Numbered from the stretch's first letter, positions 51,501-62,993 are shown. The stretch: DNA of 64,000 bases from an uncultured Collinsella sp. (GCA_902469665.1 CABRDE010000060.1:22171-86170); one strand, 5' to 3'. Notes: generated from the letters alone by a model not told the origin. Numbers and translations are program-made.

Positions 51501-53204
51501 CCGCCGCACCACGATATTTACTCTATCGAGGATCTGGCAGAGCTGATCTTTGACCTTAAGAACGCCAACCCCGGCGCGCGCGTGTCGGTCAAGCTGGTCA
51601 GCGAGGCCGGCGTCGGCACCATCGCCACCGGTGTGGCCAAGGGTGCTGCCGACAAGATCTTGATCAGCGGTCACAATGGCGGCTCGGGTGCCGCTGTGCG
51701 CGACTCTATCTGGCATGCGGGTCTGCCGCTGGAGCTTGGCCTTGCCGAGGCCCAGCAGACGCTGCTGCAAAACGGCCTGCGCTCACGCGTGGTGCTCGAG
51801 GCCGACGGCAAGCTCATGGACGGCACCGATGTCGCCGTCGCCTGCCTGCTGGGTGCCGAGGAGTTTGGTTTTGCGACCATGCCGCTCATCTCCATGGGCT
51901 GCCTCATGCAGCGCGACTGCCAGCAGGACACCTGCCCGGCCGGCATCGCTACGCAAAACTGCCGCCTGCGTCGCGGCTTCCGCGGCAAGCCCGAGCACGT
52001 TGAGCACTTTATGCTCTTTGTTGCCGAGCAGCTGCGCGAGGTCATGGCGAGCCTGGGCTTCCGCACCGTCGACGAGATGGTCGGCCATCCCGAGTGCCTG
52101 CGCCAGATCGAGGTCCCGGGCAACCGCAAGGCCAACCTGCTCGATCTGTCGCCCGTGCTGGCAAGCGCGACCTGTGAGTTTGGTGCCCACATCCCGGGCG
52201 CCGACGGCCGTCACTTCCTGCCCCAGATGGCCGCGGACAGCGAGCTCGACAAGACGCTTGATTCCACGTTGTTTGTGCCCTATACGGCCGATGCCCGTGC
52301 GCACCTGCGTCCGATTCGCTTCCGCGCCGATATCGCCAACGTCAACCGCTGCGTGGGCACTATCTTGGGCAACGCGGTGACCAAGGCACATCCCGAGGGC
52401 CTGCCCGCCGGCTCCATCACCATCGATTGCGATGGTTCGGCCGGTCAGAGCTTTGGTGCCTTCCTGCCGCGCGGCATTACGCTCAACGTGTGCGGCGACG
52501 CCAACGACTACTTTGGCAAGGGCCTTTCGGGCGGCGAGGTGTCGGTGCGCCCCAACCCGCATGCGACCTACAAGTTCGACGAGAACATCATCGTGGGCAA
52601 CGTTGCGTTCTTTGGTGCCACGAGCGGCCGCGGCTTCATTAACGGTCTTGCCGGCCAGCGTTTTGCCGTGCGCAACTCCGGTGCCACCGTGGTGGTCGAG
52701 GGCTGCGGCAACCATGGCTGCGAGTACATGACGGGCGGTCTGGCGCTCATCCTGGGCGAGGTTGGACAGAACTTCGCCGCCGGCATGACAGGCGGCGTGG
52801 CCTACGTCTTTGACCAGTACGGCACGCTCAGTGCCCGCGTGAACCACGAGAGCGTTGAGCTCAAGGCCCCGACGGCCGGCGAGCTGGCGCAGATTCGCGA
52901 GCTCATCCAAGAGCACGTGGACGCGACGCAGAGCCCGCGCGGCATCAAGCTGCTCTACAGCTTCGACTCGATGAGCAAGCACTTTGTGAAGGTCATTCCG
53001 ACCGAGTACGAGCGCGTGCTGGCGATCGTCGCTGCGGGCGAGGCTGCCGGCAAGACGCATGCGCAGGCTGAGGAGCTGGCGTTTGACATTGTGACCGGTC
53101 GCGCGAGCGCCGCGGATGTCGCTCGCTTTGATGTCGCGGGCGGTACTGCGGGTGCTGTGCCCGTGGCTGCCAGCCCTTTTGCTTCGACCAAGAAGGAGGC
53201 GTAA
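48507..53204 (+). CDS. gltB: Glutamate synthase large subunit
   Basis: 1565 aa with an N-terminal Cys amidotransferase domain and central FMN/Fe-S and GXGXG domains. Confidence 0.95.
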   Translation: MQADSAQQQGLYRPEFDHDACGIGALADINGERHHQILDDALSILVNLEHRGGTGLEKNTGDGAGILFQVPHHFFRKEAQKCGQILPAEGDYGVAMLFFPQDDKGVEDARRVFEEGCAEAGVPLLFWREVPVDPHDLGETARACMPTILQAFLGRPDDTPAGDAFERRLYVCRRTIEKKADAEFALRDKIFYVCSMSSRTIVYKGMLVATQMRRFFIDLNDAAVKTAVALVHSRYSTNTTPSWERAHPNRFIIHNGEINTLKGNVNWIRAREPNLYSPVLQHDLERVMPIINREGSDSAILDNVLEFLVMNGRPLTRAASMLLPEPWDHNDSLSEERRAYDAYQSMLMEPWDGPAAIAFTDGRTLGAALDRNGLRPARYYVTRDGRFMLASEVGTIEVSPENILTSGCLGPGQMLEVDFARGRVIYNDELRARYAKEKPYRDWIAEETLTVDALDEPVAATPAEDDEVPAAVRMAKLGYHWDDVDEVVRPMAQQGKAPLASMGIDAPLACLSKKTRSFFDYFYQLFAQVTNPPIDALREHMVTSTTLYLGNHGNLLEDSRTACQLVRLERPLLSEEEFDRICAIDRVGFKTRRFRAVYRRDAGEGALQAALKQLAEDVEAAVRDGVNIVVLSDRAAAGEVPVPSLLAVGCVHNHLIRAGVRTFADIVVECGDAVSPHDFAALVGYSASGIYPYNAHSCIRDLAAHGDLDVTAEQGIANYNKAATAGIVSIMSKMGISTVQSYHSAQIFEAVGFTPEFVNAYFAGTVSRVGGMGVEDVEREQNERYDAALAILKSPAPDQLPTLGLTKWRPLGGEDHLIDPQTVYLLQTACREGGYDTFKEYSERLHRTGRAVRLRDLLDFNASGRTPVSLDEVEPALNIVRRFNTGAMSYGSISKEAHECMAIAMNRLHGRSNSGEGGEDPRRETPLANGDSKNSAIKQVASARFGVTSRYLCSAFEIQIKMAQGAKPGEGGHLPGKKVYPWIAEVRQSTPGIGLISPPPHHDIYSIEDLAELIFDLKNANPGARVSVKLVSEAGVGTIATGVAKGAADKILISGHNGGSGAAVRDSIWHAGLPLELGLAEAQQTLLQNGLRSRVVLEADGKLMDGTDVAVACLLGAEEFGFATMPLISMGCLMQRDCQQDTCPAGIATQNCRLRRGFRGKPEHVEHFMLFVAEQLREVMASLGFRTVDEMVGHPECLRQIEVPGNRKANLLDLSPVLASATCEFGAHIPGADGRHFLPQMAADSELDKTLDSTLFVPYTADARAHLRPIRFRADIANVNRCVGTILGNAVTKAHPEGLPAGSITIDCDGSAGQSFGAFLPRGITLNVCGDANDYFGKGLSGGEVSVRPNPHATYKFDENIIVGNVAFFGATSGRGFINGLAGQRFAVRNSGATVVVEGCGNHGCEYMTGGLALILGEVGQNFAAGMTGGVAYVFDQYGTLSARVNHESVELKAPTAGELAQIRELIQEHVDATQSPRGIKLLYSFDSMSKHFVKVIPTEYERVLAIVAAGEAAGKTHAQAEELAFDIVTGRASAADVARFDVAGGTAGAVPVAASPFASTKKEA

Positions 53205-53209
53205 GTGCC

Positions 53210-54691
<1,482 letters not shown>

Positions 54692-54719
54692 GGCGGCTGT
54701 CCACAGCTGAATCGACAAG

Positions 54720-54822
54720 GGCTGTCCCCAACGGCCGGCCCAAATGGAACGTCCCCAAGTGCCGGCAGCTGGGGACGTTCCTTATGTGCCGGCATTCGGG
54801 GACACTCCTTGCGGGTTTGCGA
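54720..54822. repeat. GGGGAC-word inverted-repeat cluster
   Basis: GCTGTCCCCAAC...GGAACGTCCCCAAG...CTGGGGACGTTCC...GGGGACACTCCTTGC. The 3' half matches 10496-10545 almost exactly. Confidence 0.7.
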
Positions 54823-55106
54823 CCGATTTGTTCGTTTGCCGACGTACGGGTGTTCATTTGTCGACTTCTTGGGCTGTGGTCACCTGTTGTTTCTGTGGTG
54901 GCTGCGGGTATCTGGCTCAAAAGGGCGGGTTGGCCGTCTATGTTTACCTGCTGTTTTGTTGCGGTGCGCATTTTCGGTCAAGCTTTTCGTCAAGTGTTTG
55001 GTCAGCATCTGGTTTGCAGCCGGAGGCCTATTTTGCCCGCGCTGGTCGTGACTGCCCGCCCTCCTCGTAAGCTCAAATTGAGGTCCATCAGTTTGAGGAG
55101 GATGCC

Positions 55107-55814
55107 ATGACTGATCACGCTTTAGATCGAGCGCATCTGGCTGAAGCCGTCGGCAACGATATTGCCGACATGGCCCATTTTTGGATGCTGCGGAAGTTTC
55201 AGTTTTTGGAGCCGGCGCGCGAGCAGTTTGAGATCATTGTCGACCCGTGGCTCAGCTATCGCACCGAGCCTTCGCAAAACGAAATCATGGCCTACAACAT
55301 GGCATTTACCGACTGGCTGCTCTTCGAGCGCTCCTATCGCCATGGCAAGACGCTGCTCGAGCTGTATGTTGACGAGCCGCCGGCATCGCTTTCGCCTGCC
55401 TCGCTTAAGCGGCTCGAGCAGGTGCGCGACACACAGTATTTCTCGCGCTTTGGCATTTTGGACAAGGATCCTGCGAACGGCATGGTTGCGCTGAAGGATA
55501 CGCGCACCGACCTTCGCTTTGATGTCTACGACCCGCATATCGTGCAAAAGGAGCATTGGAGCGACGGCGCGATCGCGGTGCGCCTCGCCTGTGTCGACGA
55601 TGTCTGGCTGACGGCGGGACAGCTCTATCTGTATGACATCGCGCGCCTGAGTGACACGGCGGTCGATGGACCGGGTGCGGTGCATCCCGAGGATCTGCAG
55701 GACGGCTTTGACACCTCGTGCGTCAGCTTCTTTTTGCGCCTGGTCCGCGACATCATGGGCGCCCAGGGGCGCTACGTAAAGTCCCTCAACATCTACGAAC
55801 AAGAATGGGAGTAG
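55107..55814 (+). CDS. Hypothetical protein
   Basis: 235 aa with a GAGGAGG RBS. No family recognised. Confidence 0.5.
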   Translation: MTDHALDRAHLAEAVGNDIADMAHFWMLRKFQFLEPAREQFEIIVDPWLSYRTEPSQNEIMAYNMAFTDWLLFERSYRHGKTLLELYVDEPPASLSPASLKRLEQVRDTQYFSRFGILDKDPANGMVALKDTRTDLRFDVYDPHIVQKEHWSDGAIAVRLACVDDVWLTAGQLYLYDIARLSDTAVDGPGAVHPEDLQDGFDTSCVSFFLRLVRDIMGAQGRYVKSLNIYEQEWE

Positions 55815-55851
55815 GGGATGTGACTGGTGCCGCCCTACAGCCCTGACTTTG

Positions 55852-55988
55852 TCTCAATCTGTAACGTTTGGCGGCTGTTTGGGCCCGTAACTGTTACAGA
55901 TTGAGACGGAAGGTTGGCGGCTGCCGAAAGATCTTGTTCTGTAACAACTAGAGGCTCAAAGACTGTCTTCCTGTTACAGATCAAGACA
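55852..55988. repeat. Two tandem Family A palindromic units
   Basis: GTCTCAATCTGTAACG...CTGTTACAGATTGAGAC and ATCTTGTTCTGTAACAA...CTGTTACAGATCAAGAC. Confidence 0.8.
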
Positions 55989-56010
55989 TTTGTCAGCGGA
56001 GGCAACGGTG

Positions 56011-57084
56011 ATGATGGTCCATTTGTCTGACGTGGTGGTGATGAAAGTGTCTAATACCGTTCTCAAGCACAAACGTGCGACTCGCAACACGTTGGCGCGG
56101 AATAGGATGCTCGCGCGGCTCACGGAGACGGCCAAGCAAGGTGCGCTGCTTGCAACGCATGACAATACCGAGCTCATGTGGCTGCGACACCATGTTGGAA
56201 CCGACGATATTGCGGAGCCCGAGCCGTACCTGTTCTGTTTTCAGCATGATTGGGATGCATTGACGTTGACGGAGCGAGCACTGAGGACTATCAGAGGGCT
56301 TGCGGAATTTCATCCCGATTGGGCGTTTTGGGGCTATGACGCGGCGCTTTTGTGGGGTTTGGAGGTGCCGAATGATCTGCTCGGGCCACGATATCTTGTT
56401 AAGACGGGTTGCTCGGTGCCGCTGAGTGCAGAGTGTCGGCTGTTGCGTCCGCAGGCGGCGGGTGTACTTGAACAAGTCGACGGCGTGCAGGTGACGTCGT
56501 TTTGGCGCACGGTGGAGGATTGCTTGCTGCGTGCGCCGTTCTCCTACGGGTTGGCGATTGCTGATTCTGCACTGCGGGCGAAAGGCGTATCGCGCGATGA
56601 CTTTTGTGAGCGGCTTCGTATAGATTGTGAAGGCAAGCACGGGCATCGCAGAGCGCAGGTGATTGCGTCGTATGCGGACGGGCTGTCCGAAAACGGCGGC
56701 GAGTCTCGGTCCCGAGCGTTCTTTATTGCGTACGGCTTTCCGGTTCCGGAGCTGCAGGTGGAGTTTCGCGACCCGCTCGATCCGAGCCAGGTATTTCGCG
56801 TCGACTATTTTTGGCAGCTCGAGGACGGGACGTGTGTCATCGGCGAGCTCGACGGAAAGGGGCAGTACACCTTGCAGAACGGCGAGGGCCGGGAGTCGGT
56901 CGACCCATTCGTGGCAGAACGTCAACGGGAGTCCCATCTGACAATGCTCGGGCACAAGGTGCTTCGGTTTACGTTTAACGAACTCAAAGACCTGGGGAAG
57001 CTGGTCGAGAAAATGAGGCTGGCGGGTATTCCTCGGCAGGCTGAATTGGCTGAGGAGTGGAGACGCCAGTGGTATGGGCGCTGA
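56011..57084 (+). CDS. Hypothetical protein with a DUF559-like (endonuclease-fold) C-terminus and an AbiEi-like N-terminal region
   Basis: C-terminal ...RESHLTMLGHKVLRFTFNEL resembles the DUF559 / very-short-patch-repair-like motif. GGAGG RBS precedes ATG 56011. Family A repeat pairs flank the gene on both sides. Confidence 0.45.
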   Translation: MMVHLSDVVVMKVSNTVLKHKRATRNTLARNRMLARLTETAKQGALLATHDNTELMWLRHHVGTDDIAEPEPYLFCFQHDWDALTLTERALRTIRGLAEFHPDWAFWGYDAALLWGLEVPNDLLGPRYLVKTGCSVPLSAECRLLRPQAAGVLEQVDGVQVTSFWRTVEDCLLRAPFSYGLAIADSALRAKGVSRDDFCERLRIDCEGKHGHRRAQVIASYADGLSENGGESRSRAFFIAYGFPVPELQVEFRDPLDPSQVFRVDYFWQLEDGTCVIGELDGKGQYTLQNGEGRESVDPFVAERQRESHLTMLGHKVLRFTFNELKDLGKLVEKMRLAGIPRQAELAEEWRRQWYGR

Positions 57085-57092
57085 GAGGTTTC

Positions 57093-57230
57093 GTCTCGAT
57101 CTGTAACGTTTAGAGGTCGTTTGAGCTCGTAATTGTTACAGATCGAGACAAGCCGGTGAAACGTCGACCGAATGTCCCGATCTGTAACATCAAGGGGCCC
57201 AATAACCCTGTACCTGTTACAGATCGAGAC
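57093..57230. repeat. Two tandem Family A palindromic units
   Basis: GTCTCGATCTGTAACG...TTGTTACAGATCGAGAC and GTCCCGATCTGTAACA...CTGTTACAGATCGAGAC. Confidence 0.8.
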
Positions 57231-57379
57231 ATTTCCCTGGTGTCGCTGGGGTGGGACTGCAGCGTATTCCGTCCCCCACATCCCCTCTTCCCTCCGTTAA
57301 CCGATATGTCTGTGGCAATCGGGCTACACTGGATAATAATGGACAGATGTTCAAGTTTTCTGAGGGGGAGGAGCTCGAT

Positions 57380-58750
57380 ATGGCGTCTGCCGATCGTTCC
57401 ACGTTGTTTATCAATGCGACCGTCCTGGATGGTTCGGAGCATATGGAGCCGCAGCCCGACATGGCCGTGGCCGTTGAGCGCGGTGTCATCACGTGGATGG
57501 GGCCGAGTGCTGTGGCGCAGGCGCCTGCAGGTGCCGAGGTCATCGACCTGGCAGGTGCGTATCTCATGCCAGGCCTCATCAATATGCATGTGCATCTGTG
57601 CGGTTCGGGCAAGCCGGTTTCGGCGGGCGATGCAGGCGCGCTGATGAAGAAGCTCGATAATCCCGTGGGGCGCGCCATCGTCCGCCACATCCTCAAAGGC
57701 AGCGCCCAACAGCAGCTGACAAGCGGCGTGACCACGGTGCGCGGCGCGGGCGACCCACTGTTTGCCGACATCGCCGTTCGTAATGCCATCGACGCCGGCA
57801 AGTATCAAGGTCCTCGCCTGGTGGCGCCGGGAACGGGCGTCACGGTTCCGGGCGGCCATGGTGCGGGCTTGTTCGCCCAGGTGGCAAACAGTCCCGCCGA
57901 GGCAGCCGAACAGGTGCGCGACCTGTATGCGCGCGGTGCCGACGTCATTAAGCTGTTCGTAACGGGCGGCGTGTTCGACGCGACCGAGGTGGGCGAGCCG
58001 GGCGTGCTGCGTATGCCGGTGGAGGTTGCCGCGGCGGCGTGCAAGGCTGCGCACGAGGTGGGCCTGCCGGTTATGGCCCATGTCGAGAGCACCGAAGGCG
58101 TGAAGGCCGCGCTTGAGGCCGGCGTTGACACGATCGAGCACGGTGCCCCGATGACTCCTGAGATCTTGGAACTGTACCGCGGCGCCGCGGGCACGCAGCT
58201 TGAGGATCGCGCGCCCAGCGTTACCTGCACTATCAGCCCGGCGCTGCCGTTTGTATTGCTCGACCCGAAAAAGACCCATTCGACCGATACGCAAAAGAAG
58301 AACGGCGACATCGTGTGCTCGGGCATTATCGAGAGCGCCCGTGCCGCACTGGAAGCTGGCGTTAAGGTGGGCCTGGGCACGGACTCGAGCTGCCCGTTCG
58401 TGACGCAGTACGACATGTGGCGTGAGGTGGCCTATTTTGCCAAGCATGTCGGCGTGAGCAACGCCTTCGCACTGCATACGGCTACGCAAGTCAACGCCGA
58501 GCTGCTGGGGCTGGACGGCGAGACTGGCACAATCGAGTGCGGCAAGGCCGCCGATATCTTGGTGACGCGCAAGAACCCGCTCGATGACCTGTGCGCACTG
58601 CGTGAGCCGACGCACGTGATGTGCCGTGGCGATTTGGTGCGCAAGCTCAAGGTGAAGCGCATTCCCGAGGTTGATAACGAGCTCGACGCGATTATGGCCA
58701 TGCCTGCCGAGGCGTTGGCCGAGGAGCTCGCCCGCGACGGCGTGGCATAG
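57380..58750 (+). CDS. Amidohydrolase-family metal-dependent hydrolase
   Basis: GLINMHVHL metal-binding motif and TIM-barrel amidohydrolase organisation. GGAGGAG RBS is present. Confidence 0.8.
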   Translation: MASADRSTLFINATVLDGSEHMEPQPDMAVAVERGVITWMGPSAVAQAPAGAEVIDLAGAYLMPGLINMHVHLCGSGKPVSAGDAGALMKKLDNPVGRAIVRHILKGSAQQQLTSGVTTVRGAGDPLFADIAVRNAIDAGKYQGPRLVAPGTGVTVPGGHGAGLFAQVANSPAEAAEQVRDLYARGADVIKLFVTGGVFDATEVGEPGVLRMPVEVAAAACKAAHEVGLPVMAHVESTEGVKAALEAGVDTIEHGAPMTPEILELYRGAAGTQLEDRAPSVTCTISPALPFVLLDPKKTHSTDTQKKNGDIVCSGIIESARAALEAGVKVGLGTDSSCPFVTQYDMWREVAYFAKHVGVSNAFALHTATQVNAELLGLDGETGTIECGKAADILVTRKNPLDDLCALREPTHVMCRGDLVRKLKVKRIPEVDNELDAIMAMPAEALAEELARDGVA

Positions 58751-58842
58751 GTGTGACAAAGGGGCAATCCTTTTGTCATAATCAGAAAAAGCCGAGGTCC
58801 CAGTGCGAGGCCTCGGCTTTTATTTGTCCCATGGTATGGCGG

Positions 58843-59316
58843 CTATGAGCGCGTCTCCATCTTGGCGTGGCACTTGGGGCAGGTGACGCGGATCTTGCCC
58901 TTGCCCTTGGGGACGGAGAGCATCTGGCCGCAGTTGGGGCACTTGAGGTATGCCGTGGTCTTGCGCCCCTTCCACATCTTCTTGGCCGTGCGCTTGGCAC
59001 GCTCAAAGTCTTCCTTACTGGTGCCGGCTGCGCGTGAGGTGCTGGCCGCTGCAGCTCCGCCGCCCAAGCTAGCTACAAACTTGCCCAAGCCGGGTACGTT
59101 TGCAGTCGCGGCGACAAAGGCCTCGTTCTCCTTGCGACGTGCGTCGATATTTTTGGACAGGCCGCGCAGCACGCCAATCACGATTACGGCGATGGCGATC
59201 CAGCTGAGCCACTGGATGCGGGCTATCGATCCGATCATCGCGATGACGATGCCGGCAAAACCCATCACGATGGTGAGTTCATCGGCACCATTGCGACCCT
59301 TCATAAAGTCATTCAT
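58843..59316 (-). CDS. Membrane protein with a C-terminal zinc-ribbon
   Basis: 2 TM helices followed by CPNCG...CPKCH. Confidence 0.45.
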   Translation of the reverse strand: MNDFMKGRNGADELTIVMGFAGIVIAMIGSIARIQWLSWIAIAVIVIGVLRGLSKNIDARRKENEAFVAATANVPGLGKFVASLGGGAAAASTSRAAGTSKEDFERAKRTAKKMWKGRKTTAYLKCPNCGQMLSVPKGKGKIRVTCPKCHAKMETRS

Positions 59317-59462
59317 GCAAATTGCCTTTCGTTCGATATGCTGCACGCCTTTATACCCGATTTAGAGCAAGGGGGACAGGTTAATCTGCACCAATGTGGT
59401 GCAAACATACCTGTCCCCGGAATACCAAGACGGTGCAAAGAAGTCTGTCCCCAATGCCCCAA

Positions 59463-59735
59463 TTACTTGGAGAGCTTGTCGACGACGCGTTCGATCTCGG
59501 CGAGCTTGGCGGCTTTGAGGTCCTCGTCGCCCGATTCGATTGCCGAAGTCACGCAGCCCTCGATATGCGCCTTGAGCACGTCGGCGTTGATGCGCGCGAG
59601 GAGCGCCTGTGTTGCCATGAGCTGCGTGGAGATGTCGACGCAGTAACGGTCCTCCTCGACCATCCGTAGGATGCCGTCGATCTGGCCGCGTGCCGTCTTG
59701 AGCATGCGGGTCACCGATTTATGGTCTGCCATCAT
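59463..59735 (-). CDS. csoR: CsoR/RcnR-family metal-sensing repressor (copper-sensitive operon repressor)
   Basis: 91 aa with the conserved Cys...His/Cys pattern of CsoR (YCVDISTQ...HIEGC). Co-located with copZ and copA. Confidence 0.8.
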   Translation of the reverse strand: MMADHKSVTRMLKTARGQIDGILRMVEEDRYCVDISTQLMATQALLARINADVLKAHIEGCVTSAIESGDEDLKAAKLAEIERVVDKLSK

Positions 59736-59776
59736 GGCGGGTCCTCGTTTCTGGTCGATCTTCCGGATGTCCCCGT

Positions 59777-59843
59777 CAGTTGCGGTGAAATACGGACCGT
59801 TTAAAGGCCTAGGGCGGCACAACAGTCCGTATTTCACCGCAAC
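59777..59843. repeat. Family B palindromic repeat unit between copZ and csoR
   Basis: AGTTGCGGTGAAATACGGACCGTT...AACAGTCCGTATTTCACCGCAACT. Confidence 0.75.
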
Positions 59844-59871
59844 TTCTGAGGGGGGGGGCAGGTGGCGCCTG

Positions 59872-60093
59872 CTACGCGGCGGTTACGGACAGGGCATGGA
59901 ATTTCTCGCCGGCGCCCTCGACGGCGGCGGCGAGCTGCTCGGCGGTCACGGTGTCGGCGCACTCCACCTGGACAGTCTGGGTCTCGTGATCGGCGTCGGC
60001 ATCGGTCACGCCGGCAACGTTGAGCAGCGCCGTCTCGACGGTGGCGTCGCAGTGGCCGCACATGAGGCCGGAAGTCTTAATTGTGAAACGCAT
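59872..60093 (-). CDS. copZ: Copper chaperone CopZ (HMA domain)
   Basis: MRFTIKTSGLMCGHCDATVE carries the MxCxxC metal-binding motif. GAGAGG RBS is present. Confidence 0.85.
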   Translation of the reverse strand: MRFTIKTSGLMCGHCDATVETALLNVAGVTDADADHETQTVQVECADTVTAEQLAAAVEGAGEKFHALSVTAA

Positions 60094-60240
60094 GGATATT
60101 CCTCTCTGTTGTGTCGGCTTTCCCAGGCACCCGACCTTGACCTTCAAGCCGTCGCTCGCGTACCAAAGTACGCGTCGCTCCTCTTTCAGATCAATCTCGG
60201 GTACCTGGAAAACCCGTTCTAAATGGACTTAATGATGAGC

Positions 60241-62580
60241 TTATTTTGCCACTTTTGGCTTAAAGGATTTTAAGCGCAGCGCATTGCTTACGACGCAGAC
60301 ACTCGACAGGCTCATAGCTGCGGCGCCAAACATCGGCGAGAGTTGCCATCCGGTGAGCGGGAAGAACACGCCCGCCGCCAGCGGAATGCCGATGCCGTTG
60401 TAGAACAGCGCCCAGAACAGGTCTTGCTTGATGTTGCGGATCGTGGCGCGCGACAGCTCGATGGCTCGGGCGACGTCCATGAGGTCGCTGCGCATGAGTA
60501 CCACATCTGCCCCTTCTTTGGCGATGTCGGCGCCGGTACCGATGGCAAGGCCCACGTCGGCGCGCGCCAGGGCGGGGGAGTCGTTGATGCCGTCGCCCAC
60601 CATGGCGACCTTGCCGCCCGCGTCCTGCAGTTCGCGCACATGGCGTTCCTTGTCGGCGGGGAGGACGTCGGCGATGACTTGCTCGCTGCTCAGTCCCACG
60701 CGGCGGGCGATTGCTTCGGCAGTGACGCGGTTGTCGCCGGTGAGCATGCGCACGTCGACGCCAAGCGAGCGCAGTGCGGCGATGGCCCCGGCGCTCGTCT
60801 CCTTGACCTCGTCAGCCACGGCGATGGTGCCGGCAAGCTCGCCGTTCTTGGCAAAGAACAGCGGCGTCTTGCCCTCGGCGGCAAATTGTTCGGCAAGACC
60901 CGCGGGCACGGTAACGCCCAGCTCGTCCATCAGGCGTACGTTGCCGGCTGCAATGGCGTTTTGCCCCTCGCGCGCCGTAACGCCTCGCCCGGGCACGGCA
61001 GTAAAGTCCTCGACCATGCGCGCGACGATCCCGCGTGTCTCGCACTCGGCTATAATCGCCTCGGCCAGCGGGTGCTCGCTCGAGCGCTCCAACGCGGCGG
61101 CCAACTTGAGCAGCGCCTTTTCGCTCATGGCGGGCGAGCCGTCAGCGCGCGTGGCTACCACGATATCGGTCACGGCAGGCTTGCCGCGGGTGACGGTGCC
61201 CGTCTTATCGAGCACCACGGTGCCCACGCTGCGCAGGTTCTCCAGCGCCTCGGCGCTCTTGAACAGAATGCCCATCTCGGCGCCCTTGCCGGTGCCGACC
61301 ATAATGGCGACGGGCGTGGCCAGGCCCAGCGCGCACGGGCAGCTGATCACCAGTACGGCGACGGCGGAGGTGAGCGCTTCGTTGACGCTTCCGGTCAGCA
61401 CCATCCACGCCACAAAAGTTACGGCAGAGATTACAAACACCACGGGCACGAACACGCCGGCGACCTTGTCGGCCATGCGGGCGATGGGCGCCTTGGTGGC
61501 GTTGGCGTCCTCGACGAGCTGGATAATCTTGGCGAGCGACGTGTCGGCACCCACACGCGTGGCGCGGAAGGTAAACGAGCCCGTGCGGTTGACCGTGGCC
61601 GCGTTGACAGTGTCGCCGGCGGTCTTCTCCACGGGAATGGATTCGCCGGTCAGCGCACTTTCGTCCACGGCCGAGCTGCCCTTGAGCACCACGCCATCGA
61701 CGGGGATGGACTCGCCGGGGCGCACACGCAGCACCTGGCCGGGCAGAATAGCATCGACGTCGACGGTGGCCTCGGTACCGTCCTCGGCCACGACGGTCGC
61801 GGTCTTTGGCGCCAGGTCAATGAGCGCCTCGATGGCGCCGCCGGTTTTGGACTTGCTGCGCGTCTCGAGGTATTTGCCCACGGTGACGAGCGACAAGATC
61901 GTGCCGGCGCTTTCAAAATACAGATTGTCCATGCTCGTTATCATGGCCTCGTGGACCTGACCCGCGGCTAGTTGGTCGGCCATGATGAACATGGCGTAGA
62001 GCGACCAGGCGATGGAGGCGGTGGCGCCCACGGCAATAAGGGCGTCCATGGTGGGTGCGCCGTGCGCGAGCGATTTAAACCCGTTGATAAAGTACGCGTC
62101 GTTGATGTAGACGATGGGGATGAGCAGGGCGAGCTCGGTGAGAGCGAGCGTCATGCTGTGGGTGTGGTCGGTGAAGATGCCGGGCAGCGGCCAGCCGAGC
62201 ATGTGCCCCATGCCTATGTAGAACAGTGGGATGAGGAAGACGATCGAGACGATGAGGCGGGTGCGCATGGCAGAGGCGGCGGCCTCCAACTTTTTGGTGG
62301 GCGACTCCATATGGGCGGCGCCGGACCTGGCTTGCGCACTTCCGCTTTGGACAGCGTCGGTGCCCGTGCTGACGGGCGAGGCCGAGTAGCCAGCGCGATC
62401 GACGGCGGTGCAGATGTCGTCGGGGGTGACCTGCGCGGGGTCATAGTTCACCAGCATGGAACCGGCGAGCAGATTGACCGCGACGCTCTCGACGCCGTCG
62501 AGCTTGCTCACGGCACGGTCCACGTGCGCCTGACAGGCGGCGCACGTCATGCCTCCCACATCGAATTTATCTTGAGCCAT
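60241..62580 (-). CDS. copA: Copper-translocating P1B-type ATPase
   Basis: N-terminal HMA ([10 protein letters not shown]), the CPC transmembrane motif, the DKTGT phosphorylation site and the GDGIND hinge. Confidence 0.95.
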   Translation of the reverse strand: MAQDKFDVGGMTCAACQAHVDRAVSKLDGVESVAVNLLAGSMLVNYDPAQVTPDDICTAVDRAGYSASPVSTGTDAVQSGSAQARSGAAHMESPTKKLEAAASAMRTRLIVSIVFLIPLFYIGMGHMLGWPLPGIFTDHTHSMTLALTELALLIPIVYINDAYFINGFKSLAHGAPTMDALIAVGATASIAWSLYAMFIMADQLAAGQVHEAMITSMDNLYFESAGTILSLVTVGKYLETRSKSKTGGAIEALIDLAPKTATVVAEDGTEATVDVDAILPGQVLRVRPGESIPVDGVVLKGSSAVDESALTGESIPVEKTAGDTVNAATVNRTGSFTFRATRVGADTSLAKIIQLVEDANATKAPIARMADKVAGVFVPVVFVISAVTFVAWMVLTGSVNEALTSAVAVLVISCPCALGLATPVAIMVGTGKGAEMGILFKSAEALENLRSVGTVVLDKTGTVTRGKPAVTDIVVATRADGSPAMSEKALLKLAAALERSSEHPLAEAIIAECETRGIVARMVEDFTAVPGRGVTAREGQNAIAAGNVRLMDELGVTVPAGLAEQFAAEGKTPLFFAKNGELAGTIAVADEVKETSAGAIAALRSLGVDVRMLTGDNRVTAEAIARRVGLSSEQVIADVLPADKERHVRELQDAGGKVAMVGDGINDSPALARADVGLAIGTGADIAKEGADVVLMRSDLMDVARAIELSRATIRNIKQDLFWALFYNGIGIPLAAGVFFPLTGWQLSPMFGAAAMSLSSVCVVSNALRLKSFKPKVAK

Positions 62581-62630
62581 GGCTTCTCCTTTCTGTAGTT
62601 CGGTGTTGGAATTGTTAACCCGCCGATACT

Positions 62631-62657
62631 ATACACCCATACCCCCTGGGGGTGTCC
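62631..62657 (-). promoter_or_regulatory. Candidate CsoR operator upstream of copA
   Basis: ATACACCCAT-ACCCCCTGGGGGT-GTCC, a GC-rich pseudo-palindrome of the ACCCCC-N-GGGGGT type, about 55 nt upstream of the copA start. Confidence 0.55.
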
Positions 62658-62733
62658 AGTGGAGATTGAAATGTATGACATTTCGTTATTGGTTGAGCTG
62701 ATGGCCAGGTCGGCGGGCCGTAGCCGGTCTAAT

Positions 62734-62951
62734 GTCTCAATCTGTAACAACTAGACCCGATTTTGTCGAATAACTGTTACAGATCGAGACAGACCGTCCG
62801 CGGTCAACTCAAATGTCTCGATCTGTAACATCTAGAGAGGTTTTTGACCCCTTACTGTTACAGATTGAGATGTTGTCTCGCGGGGTTGGGGTTTGTCTCG
62901 ATCTGTAACATCTAGACCTGTATCTGCCGAGCTAGTGTTACAGATCGAGAC
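62734..62951. repeat. Three tandem Family A palindromic units plus one partial arm
   Basis: Units at 62734-62790, 62815-62871 and 62895-62951, all with the GTCTCGATCTGTAACA / TGTTACAGATCGAGAC termini. Confidence 0.85.
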
Positions 62952-62993
62952 AATTGCCGGGGAGGGGTCCCGTTGCGGCAAGACGCCCGCCGC

